In this document: positions 10,504 through 19,215 of the stretch, in pieces | Layout: the number at the start of each line of letters is the position of its first letter | Position numbering within the stretch: position 1 is the stretch's first letter | Source of the DNA: Candidatus Latescibacterota bacterium | GTDB lineage: Bacteria; Latescibacterota; UBA2968 | Assembly (NCBI GenBank): GCA_965207885.1 | Contig: OZ242311.1 | Location: forward strand, 480,001-544,000 | Length of the DNA stretch: 64,000 nucleotides | Direction of reading: 5' to 3' | The notes under the pieces: generated by a model | Seen by the model: only the letters and a program-made list of their open reading frames with translations | What the model was told of the DNA's origin: nothing | Databases searched by the model: none | Translations under genes and position numbers: made by a program

Positions 10504-12828
10504 CTATTCATCTCTTAAAGCGTCTGCCGGATTTGCGCGCGCGGCTTTCAGGGTCTGGGTTGTGACAGTTGTGAGTACGATGAAGAACATGGCTATGCTG
10601 CCGAGTAAGAAGGTGCCAATGCCCAATTCAGTGCGGTAGGCGAAGGTTTGTAACCATTGATTGGTGGCGTAATAGGCGATTGGGAATGCGATGAGGCTTG
10701 ATAGGGCGATGTAGAGGACAAATTCTCGTGAGAGTAGGGATAGGATTTGCGTTTGGGATGCACCCAATACTTTGCGGATGCCGATTTCTTTGGTGCGTCG
10801 TGCGACAGCTAATGCAGCCAGTCCGAAAGCGCCGAGTGCAGCGATGAAGATGGCGAATCCTGTGGCGTATTGGATCATCTGATTCCAGCGTTCTTCTTTT
10901 TTGTATTGTTTGTCCAGATCTTCATCGATAAATGAAAATCTGAATGTCTGATTGGGGGCAACTTCTTCCCATTTTTCTTTCATAAATGCGATGGTACCGG
11001 GCACGTTTTCGGGGTGAATGCGAACCCACAAGGACCAATGACTTGTAGAGAGGGGCAGAATGGCGGGTTCGATTTTGTGATGCAGGGAGCGAAAGTGGAA
11101 ATCGCGGACAACACCGATGATGGTCTTGTCTCGTCCATGTTCGATTGTTTTGCCAACTGGGTCTTCTATACCGAGTTTTTGGACGAGAGCTTCGTTGACA
11201 AGGATTGCTTCTTTGGCATCGGTTGGAAAGTCTCTGTCGTATTCTCGACCTGCAACGAGTTTCATGTCGAGCGTTTTGAACAAATCGTAATCAATCGAGA
11301 TGCGTTCAACGTATTGCGTAGGACTCCCTTCATAAGTTACACCAGACCGGGAGCTCATGTTGTTGTTTAATCTATGACCAAGCCAGGTCGTGCTTATGAC
11401 TGAGGGATGTGATAGCAGGGCATCCCGAAAAACGGTTGGTAAAGTTTTGTTTTCTCTTTGCAGTGCCTGGGTCTGAATGGCGACAACGTGTTCGGTTTGA
11501 TACCCCAGGGGTTTGGTTCGCAAAAATGTGAGTTGTTGGGCCATCATCAGGGTGGTGATGATGAAGAATATGGATAGGGCAAACTGAAAAATGACCAGTA
11601 ATTTACCAAAACGGTTGCCCGTTTTAATTTGCAACCGGCTTGTTATGATTTGGGTTGGCTGCAATCGGGATAGCACAAAGGCGGGGTAACCCCCTGCTGT
11701 GACGCCTACGAGGCTGACCAGCAGAATGAGAAAGGCGAGGGTTATGGGATTCAGTCCGTCGCTCATGGACAGAGATTTTCCGGCGAGGTTGTTAAATGTT
11801 GGCAACGTGATTTCTGCGATGGCAATGCCAGCGATGAGCGCGATGGTGATGAGTAAGAGCGATTCGCCGATAAATTGTTTTGCAATCTGCATGCGCCCTG
11901 CGCCGACGACTTTTCGCAAGCCGACTTCTCGTGCCCGCGTTGCCTGCCGTCCGAGCGTTAAAGTGATGAAGTTGACACAGGCGATAAACAGGACGAGGAT
12001 TGCAATGCCCGATAGAATGTATGAATAAACCGGATTACTGCTATTGCGTACCCCCATGTTTTGAGCAAAATGCATTTGGGTGATAGGTAGGAGTTTGAGT
12101 TCTTTCTCGCCGCCCATCCAAATTTTGGTCAATTTGGGAAATTGCTGTTCGACACTATTTGGGGACACATTCGGAGGGAGCATCATATACGTATCCAGGT
12201 AGGATACATGCCATCGGCTTGGGGCACGCATCATGGGATTTGGTTCAAATGGCAGTAGTATGTCAAATTGAAGTGTGGAGTTTTTGGGCACGTTTTTTAC
12301 AATGCCCGTGATGGTGTAGTTTTGAATTTCTTTCCCGAAGTACTGAATGGGAAGCTGTTCCCCGACGGGGTTGGCGTTGTTGAAATATTTCTGCGCGATT
12401 TTTTCTGTTATGATTACAGAATACTTGTCCTGGAGTGCTTGAGCGGGATCGCCGTGAATGACTGGAAAAGAAAAAATGTCGAGGAAGTTGGGATCGACAA
12501 AACCCAAAGTTGCTCGAAAAGCGCGGTCTTCTGTACCAATTTTTCCCCCGCTACTGCTGAAACGAACGGTCTGCATGTCTGGGAATGCTTCTGCTATTGC
12601 AGGTCCGAGGGGTTCTGGTGTCGTACCAGAAACCCGATAGATGCGGTCGGCGTTTTCGTGAAAGGTGTCATAGGTCCATTCGTTTTGGACAAAGAGGTAG
12701 GTGAGGATGCAGAATGCGAGGCCGATGGCAATGCCGATGATGTTGATGGCCGAGTAGATGCGGTGCCTGGCGAGGTTGCGGAGCGCTGTTTTCAGATAGC
12801 TGCTGAGCAGAGATATTTCACCTAACAT
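10504..12828 (-). CDS. ABC transporter permease, duplicated MacB/FtsX type (paralog class B)
   Basis: Start MLGEISLL after an AAGGAG RBS; close paralog of 5712-8063. Confidence 0.92.
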   Translation of the reverse strand: MLGEISLLSSYLKTALRNLARHRIYSAINIIGIAIGLAFCILTYLFVQNEWTYDTFHENADRIYRVSGTTPEPLGPAIAEAFPDMQTVRFSSSGGKIGTEDRAFRATLGFVDPNFLDIFSFPVIHGDPAQALQDKYSVIITEKIAQKYFNNANPVGEQLPIQYFGKEIQNYTITGIVKNVPKNSTLQFDILLPFEPNPMMRAPSRWHVSYLDTYMMLPPNVSPNSVEQQFPKLTKIWMGGEKELKLLPITQMHFAQNMGVRNSSNPVYSYILSGIAILVLFIACVNFITLTLGRQATRAREVGLRKVVGAGRMQIAKQFIGESLLLITIALIAGIAIAEITLPTFNNLAGKSLSMSDGLNPITLAFLILLVSLVGVTAGGYPAFVLSRLQPTQIITSRLQIKTGNRFGKLLVIFQFALSIFFIITTLMMAQQLTFLRTKPLGYQTEHVVAIQTQALQRENKTLPTVFRDALLSHPSVISTTWLGHRLNNNMSSRSGVTYEGSPTQYVERISIDYDLFKTLDMKLVAGREYDRDFPTDAKEAILVNEALVQKLGIEDPVGKTIEHGRDKTIIGVVRDFHFRSLHHKIEPAILPLSTSHWSLWVRIHPENVPGTIAFMKEKWEEVAPNQTFRFSFIDEDLDKQYKKEERWNQMIQYATGFAIFIAALGAFGLAALAVARRTKEIGIRKVLGASQTQILSLLSREFVLYIALSSLIAFPIAYYATNQWLQTFAYRTELGIGTFLLGSIAMFFIVLTTVTTQTLKAARANPADALRDE

Positions 12829-12857
12829 GGGTTTCTCCTTTGCAGGATGGGAACTGA

Positions 12858-15287
12858 TCACTCATATCTCAAGGCGTCAATCGGATTGGAGCGCGCTGCG
12901 CGAATGGCTTGCATGCTCACAGTGCCAAAGGCGATGATCAGGGCCATTATCGCGCTTGCAACAAATGGCAAGACATTCAGATCTGTCTGATAGGCGAAAC
13001 CGGAGAGCCAGTCGCGCATCAGGTAGTAGGCGATTGGCCAGGCGATGAGATTGGCAAGCAGAATGAGCAACATGAATTCGCGCGAGAGTAGCATGACCAG
13101 ATGCAATGTGGATGCGCCCAGTACTTTTCGCACACCAATTTCTTTGGTGCGAGATTGAACCATGAATGCGGCCAGTCCGAACAGTCCCAAACAGGCTACA
13201 AAAATTGCCAGTAGTGAAAATACTCCGAGCAGTTTGCCAGTGAGTTGTTCGTTGAAATAGATCCAATCTATGATTTCGTCCAAAAAGTGATATTCGAAAG
13301 GCGCATCTGGTACAAAGCGTTTCCACTGCGTTTCGAGGAAGGATAGGGTTTGCGCGGTGTTTTCTGGTCGGATGCGTAAAGCCAGAGAATAAAACATCTT
13401 CCAGCGGGCCAAAAATCCCATGGGGGCGATTTCTTCTCGTAGTGTCAAATTGTGGTAATCTTTTACGACCCCAATTACTGTCAAGGATAGGTTGTCATAC
13501 GCTGGTAACACAATCTGTCTGCCAATCGGGTCTTCCTCCCAGCCGAGCAAGCGCACGGCTGTTTCGTTCAAGATAATTGCCTGAGAGGTATCGCTGGCAA
13601 CATCGGCTGAAAAGGCGCGACCGCGAAGTACGGGGATTTCAAATGTTTCAAAGAACGAATCGTCAACTTCGTTTATGCGAAATGTCCGTTCTTTTGTGGG
13701 GTCTCCATCGGGCCAGGCCAATCGCAGTCGTCCGCTGTATCCCGTGATTTCGTATCGCAGTGCCGATGCGCTGAGGATATTGGGGTGTTCGAGAAAGACC
13801 TGTTTGACCATCTGATGGCGTGCTGAAAGGCGTTTTTGTGGGTTTGGCTCTCCGGAAAAGTCAGGGACAAAAATGGGTAAACTCACAATGTGATCGCGCG
13901 CAAAGCCCATGTCTTTGGTTTCTATAAATCGCAGTTGCTGATAAACGATCAGGGTGCAGATTACCAGCAAAATGGACATGCCGAACTGAAAAACTACGAG
14001 TCCTTTCTTCAGTCCTGTAGAACCCGATGAGGAAGACGCGCTGCTTTTTAACGCGGTCACCGGTTGAAAAGAAGAGAGGAAAAACGCCGGATACCATCCC
14101 GCCAGCAGTCCGACCAACAATGTGAGTGCCAGTACTGCTGGCGCACCTGCCATCACTGTAGCCGCGTTGAGGTGTAAATCGCCGCGTACAAATTGGTTGA
14201 ATAAGGGCAGGAATAACTCGACCAGTGCCAGGGCAATCAGCAGGGCGGCGGAGGTTAAAAGCAGGGATTCGCTCAAAAACTGGACCATCAGTTGCGGGCG
14301 ATGCGCGCCGACCACTTTCCGCACGCCGACTTCGCGCTTGCGGGTGACAGCCCGTGCAGTTGCCAGATTTGTAAAATTCACGCAGGCAATGACGACGAGG
14401 ATTAGTCCAATAGCTGCCAGCATGTAAATTTTTTCAATAGGGCTATTTGCAGTTGGGTTAAAATCGGATTCGCCATACAGGTACACCCGGTGCAGAGGCT
14501 GCAAATAGTAGGTGTTTTTTGCTGCGACGTCATCCCCCATATACTGTACGATCAAAGGCTGCATTTTTGTTTGTAGGGTTTCTGCGTTTTGTCCTGCTTT
14601 TAATAGCACAAAGGTTTTTACCGGACGCCACGATTGTGTGGGTCGCCACAATGTCCATACCTCTTGCGTTTCTGCTACGGAGGGTATTGTGGTTGAGAGG
14701 ATTTGAAAATAAAGATTGGATGAGAGATGTGGCGCTTTTACGATGCCCGTTACTGTGTATTCGCCCGGAAAACTGCGACTGTCGATTGAAACGGTTTTGC
14801 CCATTGGATCAGTATCGCCAAACAAGTGTTGCGCCATGTCGTCGGTAATGACCACAGAGTAGGGTGTGCGAAACGCGGTCTTTGGATCGCCTTTTATGAG
14901 GGGAAAATCAAATACGTCCAAAAAGATGTCATCTACCAGCGCAAGGAGATATCGATCCTTGCGCTCGCCGTATTGTACAGATACAGTCCATCGCCAGATA
15001 CGCACAGTTGTTTCTATTTCGGGAAATGTTTCTTCCAATACAGGACCGAGTGCGCCTGATGTCCCTTCTGTGTATGAGGTTTGCGTACTGCCGCGTTGTT
15101 CCCGAATCACTTTGTAAATGCGGTCGCCCAGGGTGTGAGTGCGATCTATTGCAAACTCTTGCTGGATGTATAACACGATCAAGATGCCACACGCCAGGCC
15201 GATGGCGAGTCCCAGTACATTGATGGAGGTGTACAATTTGTGCCGCATCAAATTGCGAATCGCAACGGTTAGATAATTTTTGATCAT
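12858..15287 (-). CDS. ABC transporter permease, duplicated MacB/FtsX type
   Basis: Start MIKNYLTVAIRN after AGGAG; REVGVRKVVGA, KEIGVRKVLGA, NPIDALRYE. Confidence 0.92.
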   Translation of the reverse strand: MIKNYLTVAIRNLMRHKLYTSINVLGLAIGLACGILIVLYIQQEFAIDRTHTLGDRIYKVIREQRGSTQTSYTEGTSGALGPVLEETFPEIETTVRIWRWTVSVQYGERKDRYLLALVDDIFLDVFDFPLIKGDPKTAFRTPYSVVITDDMAQHLFGDTDPMGKTVSIDSRSFPGEYTVTGIVKAPHLSSNLYFQILSTTIPSVAETQEVWTLWRPTQSWRPVKTFVLLKAGQNAETLQTKMQPLIVQYMGDDVAAKNTYYLQPLHRVYLYGESDFNPTANSPIEKIYMLAAIGLILVVIACVNFTNLATARAVTRKREVGVRKVVGAHRPQLMVQFLSESLLLTSAALLIALALVELFLPLFNQFVRGDLHLNAATVMAGAPAVLALTLLVGLLAGWYPAFFLSSFQPVTALKSSASSSSGSTGLKKGLVVFQFGMSILLVICTLIVYQQLRFIETKDMGFARDHIVSLPIFVPDFSGEPNPQKRLSARHQMVKQVFLEHPNILSASALRYEITGYSGRLRLAWPDGDPTKERTFRINEVDDSFFETFEIPVLRGRAFSADVASDTSQAIILNETAVRLLGWEEDPIGRQIVLPAYDNLSLTVIGVVKDYHNLTLREEIAPMGFLARWKMFYSLALRIRPENTAQTLSFLETQWKRFVPDAPFEYHFLDEIIDWIYFNEQLTGKLLGVFSLLAIFVACLGLFGLAAFMVQSRTKEIGVRKVLGASTLHLVMLLSREFMLLILLANLIAWPIAYYLMRDWLSGFAYQTDLNVLPFVASAIMALIIAFGTVSMQAIRAARSNPIDALRYE

Positions 15288-15360
15288 GGTCTTATCTCCT
15301 GTTCCGTCCCAGCAGTCAGCCATTCATCATTCAGGTAGCGTGAACGTATCAAAATAACAA

Positions 15361-15376
15361 GCAATTTTTGTGCCAA
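15361..15376 (-). promoter_or_regulatory. sigma54 (-24/-12) promoter of the 7-gene permease unit
   Basis: Minus strand reads TTGGCACAAAAATTGC, matching the TGGCAC-N5-TTGC consensus, ~75 bp upstream of the start codon. Confidence 0.8.
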
Positions 15377-15437
15377 AAGTCTCTTTTCTATGTTTTTCAA
15401 TTAGTTATGAAAATTTGTGCTCTGAACGCCGTTCAAT

Positions 15438-15480
15438 AAGTGTCCGATTTTGATACAGTGGTGTCCGAAAATGAACACTT
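15438..15480. promoter_or_regulatory. Tandem enhancer-binding-protein sites (UAS), copy 1
   Basis: AAGTGTCCGATTTTGATACAGTGGTGTCCGAAAATGAACACTT contains two TGT-N11-ACA boxes and is repeated with one mismatch at 23327-23369. Confidence 0.72.
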
Positions 15481-15582
15481 AAAAACAAAAAACAGGCACA
15501 TTGTTTTTATTTTTATGTGCCTGCTGTATTATGCGTAGAACTATTATTTATTACATCACCCAGCATCAACCTCCGTGCAGTT

Positions 15583-15849
15583 TTACAGTTTGCCTTTCAT
15601 ATTTCGATCAAAGAATACGCTCACCACCCTCCAGGGCGTAACGGTGGTGTTCACGGCTACGCGCAGCACACGGTTACCCTGTTCCGGGATGATCCGAAAG
15701 AATCGCTCTACCTCAGGGTCCTTCGGGTCGGATATACGCAACATCGGTTCGGCTACCACCCGTTCGATCCACTCTTGAGGGATCATGCGTTCTGTCCTTG
15801 CAAGAACCGCATGTTTGCTAAATTCCAGCTTTATCAATCCGGTTGCCAT
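15583..15849 (-). CDS. DUF4258-like (RelE/BrnT-fold) putative toxin
   Basis: FSKHA...ERMI...GNRVLRVAVN...RVVSVFFDR pattern; start codon uncertain. Confidence 0.65.
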   Translation of the reverse strand: MATGLIKLEFSKHAVLARTERMIPQEWIERVVAEPMLRISDPKDPEVERFFRIIPEQGNRVLRVAVNTTVTPWRVVSVFFDRNMKGKL

Positions 15850-15921
15850 ATCGCGCTCATGGCTTTAAGGTACGCGGCGGAATATATCTAAAACAAAAAC
15901 AATAGTTCTTGTAGGGAACGG

Positions 15922-16122
15922 TCAAGCGGTCTCAAATTCCAGGGTGGAGAGCTTCAGATTGGAGGAGCGTTTGGAGAGATAGAGCAGTTCTACGCCCACC
16001 ACTTCGTTTGATGCATTGTAATCGAGCACCACGCCCGGCGAGACCTCTTCTGACTCGACAATAGTAGAGTCGTCAAGGCGCAGATAGAGCGCGTCGGCTT
16101 CCTTATCGATATGTAGTTTCAT
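15922..16122 (-). CDS. DUF2283-family putative antitoxin
   Basis: MKLHIDKEADALYLRL...ESEEVSPGVVLDY...VVGVELL; GGAGG RBS. Confidence 0.8.
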   Translation of the reverse strand: MKLHIDKEADALYLRLDDSTIVESEEVSPGVVLDYNASNEVVGVELLYLSKRSSNLKLSTLEFETA

Positions 16123-16230
16123 AATTTGTTGCCTCCATCGTGTACTATTTTTCAGAAGTCCATTTGGGATCAGCATATCCGTATTTACAAATATCTGCAA
16201 TTTAAGCAAAAAAACAAGGGGCTATATGAC

Positions 16231-18609
16231 TTACTCATCTCGCAACGCATCCACGGGATTGCGACGTGCGGCTTTCAGTGTTTGAAAATTCACTGTCAAC
16301 AGCGCGACCAACAAGGTCAGTATTCCTGCGATGCCAAAAACACCTATGCCCAGTTCAATGCGATATGCGAAATTGGTCAACCATTGATTCATCATCCAGT
16401 AGGCAATGGGCCAGGCGATGATATTGGCGACCAGTAGCAGTTTGATAAAATCTCTGGAAAACAACCACATGACATGATGGACAGAAGCCCCCAGTACCTT
16501 CCGAATCCCAATCTCCTTTGTCCGCCGCGCAACCGCCAGTGACGCCAGCCCGAACAATCCCAAACACGAAAGCAGAACAGCCACCAGTGCCGAATGGCTT
16601 AATACGCGAAACCAATAGATTTCATTGGCATACTGTTGATTCAGGTTTTCATCTAAAAACGAGAGTTCAAAGGGGCTATCAGACGCGACTTTTTCCCATG
16701 TGCTTTTGAGCATTTCGATTGTTTCAAAAATTTGGTCCGAGCGCATGCGAATTAGCAGAAATGGGCCATAGTTGTATTTTTCCATCAGCAATGCCAATGG
16801 CTCAATCCGGTTGTGCAAAGACTTTATGTGAAAATCGCGCACGATACCAATAACAACGGGATCGTTAACGCCATTCCTTCCAAAGCCCGCCAGCGTTTTT
16901 CCCACCGGGTTTTCAAGGCTCAATTGCTTTGCCAGGGTTTCGTTGACCAATATGGCATTGTTCAGGTCTGACGGACGGTCTTCTGAAAAATTTCGTCCAG
17001 CGAGAAGAGGTATCTCCAGAGTAGAGAGATAATCGACATCTACGCCAATCACCTTTATCTCAACTATTGAGCCATCGGGCAACGAGTAATTGGACCAGGA
17101 ATAACCACTTTCTGTTGTGAGTGTGCGATCCGTAATTGTAACACCCGCAATGCGTGAGTCATTTACAATGGCTTCCTTATAGGGTTTTGCCAACTGCCGA
17201 TTTGTCTTAATAATGGCGACTTGCTCTTCGTTAAAGCCCAGGTTTTTGTTCCGTATATAATCTTGCTGTTGAATCATTATACCTGTGCCAATGATGAGGG
17301 CTATGGATGCCGCGTATTGCAAAATGATTAACGTGCGCGTCAAAAGGTTGCGCCCACCAGGGCGCGCTTCGCCTTTCATGGCTAAAACAGGTTGAAATCG
17401 CGACAAGACCAGAGCGGGATAACTGCCGGCAATTAGCCCGACAACGCCGAGCAGGAGCAGCAATACCCACCAATCGCCAAAATACGCAAGGGTCAATTTT
17501 TGATGCACAAATCCATTGAATACGGGCAACAGGATTTCGGCAAGTGCGGTGCCCACGAGCAAGCCCAAAAAGCTCAACACCAGTGCTTCGCTCCAAAATT
17601 GTTGAATAATCTGACCGCGGTTAGCACCTACCACTTTGCGCAACCCCACTTCTTTTGCCCGCCCAGAAGACTCTGCGACCGATAGGGTAATAAAGTTGCT
17701 GCACGCAATGAGTAAGACCAGCCATGCAAGCCCCCACAAGATATAAACCCCTGTTGGATTGCCCTGCGGCCCGTAGCGATTGGGAATGTCTGTATTCCAG
17801 TACACATCCGTTAAAGGCTGGAGAATGAAGTTGAATGATGTTTTGAATATCTCTTCTCGTAACTTTTCTTTTTTTGACCAATGATTGAGATCGTCAAGTA
17901 CGCGAGAAGCATTTGTTTCCCCTATTTGTACAAAGATCCATGCACTTGCACCGTGGTAGTGTCTTGCAAGTCCAAAGCCTTTTTCAGCTTTTGTTGAAAC
18001 CAATACGTCGAATTGAAGACTTGATGTTGTAGGCACATCTGCCATAACACCGGTTACGATAAACAACTTATTTTTTATGCTCAATGCTTGCCCTATCAGT
18101 GTGTTGTAATCCTTTACATCCCCAAAAAACTTGCGTGCTGTTGTTTCGGTAATCACTATCCCATCTGGTTGAGCGAGTGCTGTTGTAGGATTACCTGACA
18201 AAAAAGGAAATGTAAACATCGCAAAGAAATCACCACTCACAAACCCCATGGCTGACCGAAAAGATTTGTCTCCCTTTGTGATTTTACTCCTCGTGTGCCG
18301 CATAAATGCACAGGCTTGTTCAACACCTGAGATTTCATCTTTCAACTCATCGACAACCAAAAGCGGATATACCGTATCCCAGATATTAAATGGAATCGTC
18401 TCCCCATCTGGTTGAAGTCTTTGCGCCACCACGCGAAACAATTGGTCGTGGTTCTCGTGAAACTGATCGCGTGACCATTCGTGTTTGACAAACAGAGCCA
18501 TCAAGATACAGCAGGCAAGCCCCAGGCCGAGGCCGAACACATTGATGAATGTGTAGAGCTTCTTTCGCATTAGATTGCGAATCGCGACAACAAAGTAATT
18601 TTTGATCAT
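16231..18609 (-). CDS. ABC transporter permease, duplicated MacB/FtsX type
   Basis: 792 aa; same family motifs; NPVDALRDE end. Confidence 0.92.
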   Translation of the reverse strand: MIKNYFVVAIRNLMRKKLYTFINVFGLGLGLACCILMALFVKHEWSRDQFHENHDQLFRVVAQRLQPDGETIPFNIWDTVYPLLVVDELKDEISGVEQACAFMRHTRSKITKGDKSFRSAMGFVSGDFFAMFTFPFLSGNPTTALAQPDGIVITETTARKFFGDVKDYNTLIGQALSIKNKLFIVTGVMADVPTTSSLQFDVLVSTKAEKGFGLARHYHGASAWIFVQIGETNASRVLDDLNHWSKKEKLREEIFKTSFNFILQPLTDVYWNTDIPNRYGPQGNPTGVYILWGLAWLVLLIACSNFITLSVAESSGRAKEVGLRKVVGANRGQIIQQFWSEALVLSFLGLLVGTALAEILLPVFNGFVHQKLTLAYFGDWWVLLLLLGVVGLIAGSYPALVLSRFQPVLAMKGEARPGGRNLLTRTLIILQYAASIALIIGTGIMIQQQDYIRNKNLGFNEEQVAIIKTNRQLAKPYKEAIVNDSRIAGVTITDRTLTTESGYSWSNYSLPDGSIVEIKVIGVDVDYLSTLEIPLLAGRNFSEDRPSDLNNAILVNETLAKQLSLENPVGKTLAGFGRNGVNDPVVIGIVRDFHIKSLHNRIEPLALLMEKYNYGPFLLIRMRSDQIFETIEMLKSTWEKVASDSPFELSFLDENLNQQYANEIYWFRVLSHSALVAVLLSCLGLFGLASLAVARRTKEIGIRKVLGASVHHVMWLFSRDFIKLLLVANIIAWPIAYWMMNQWLTNFAYRIELGIGVFGIAGILTLLVALLTVNFQTLKAARRNPVDALRDE

Positions 18610-18633
18610 GAGAAGCCTCCTGGTGGATCGCGG

Positions 18634-19215
18634 TCAGCCCGCCCAGCTTCCGACCTCTTGTTTTTCCAATGCGCGTTTTAGCTGATGACGTCCGCGGTGG
18701 AGCCAGATTTTTACGGTGCCGAGGGGTACTTGCATTTCCCATACGATTTCGCGGTAGGACAATTCTTTTATGTAGCGAAGCCACATTGCGCGTTGTTGCT
18801 CTTTGGGCAGTGTGCATAGGCCCTGTGTTAAGCGTTGATGGCGTTCTTTTTGTATAATGCTATCTTCTGGCGTTGTCAGGGTGATTGGTTCGGGCATGTG
18901 TTGCGCTATGGTTTCCAGGCCGTTTTTTCGGGATAGCCGGGATCGTAGGTGTGACCGCCCGACGTTGATGGCAATGCGCGTCAGATAGGTTGTGAATGCC
19001 GATTCGCCGCGAAAATGGCGCAGGCTCTGAAAGACTTTCATGAATACCACCTGCATCAGGTCTTCGGTTTCGTCGCGGTCCTTCACATATCGCCCGACAA
19101 TGGCGCGTACGCGATTCTGGTGCAGATGGTAGAGTTTGCCAAATGCGCTTTTGTCGCCGGCTTTGATCATGTGGATCAATTGTACATCGTTTTCTATGTC
19201 TGATCGTTTATTCAT
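18634..19215 (-). CDS. ECF (sigma70 group 4) sigma factor
   Basis: Region 2 EDLMQVVFMKVF...FRGESAFTTYLTRIAIN; region 4 LSYREI...VPLGTVKIWLHRGR. Overlaps the stop of the upstream permease. Confidence 0.9.
   Translation of the reverse strand: MNKRSDIENDVQLIHMIKAGDKSAFGKLYHLHQNRVRAIVGRYVKDRDETEDLMQVVFMKVFQSLRHFRGESAFTTYLTRIAINVGRSHLRSRLSRKNGLETIAQHMPEPITLTTPEDSIIQKERHQRLTQGLCTLPKEQQRAMWLRYIKELSYREIVWEMQVPLGTVKIWLHRGRHQLKRALEKQEVGSWAG

Noticed and set aside
879-12861. Near-identical blocks between permeases as diversity-generating retroelement TR/VR pairs
   Set aside because: No reverse transcriptase is in the window, both copies are coding, and the differences do not look adenine-specific.
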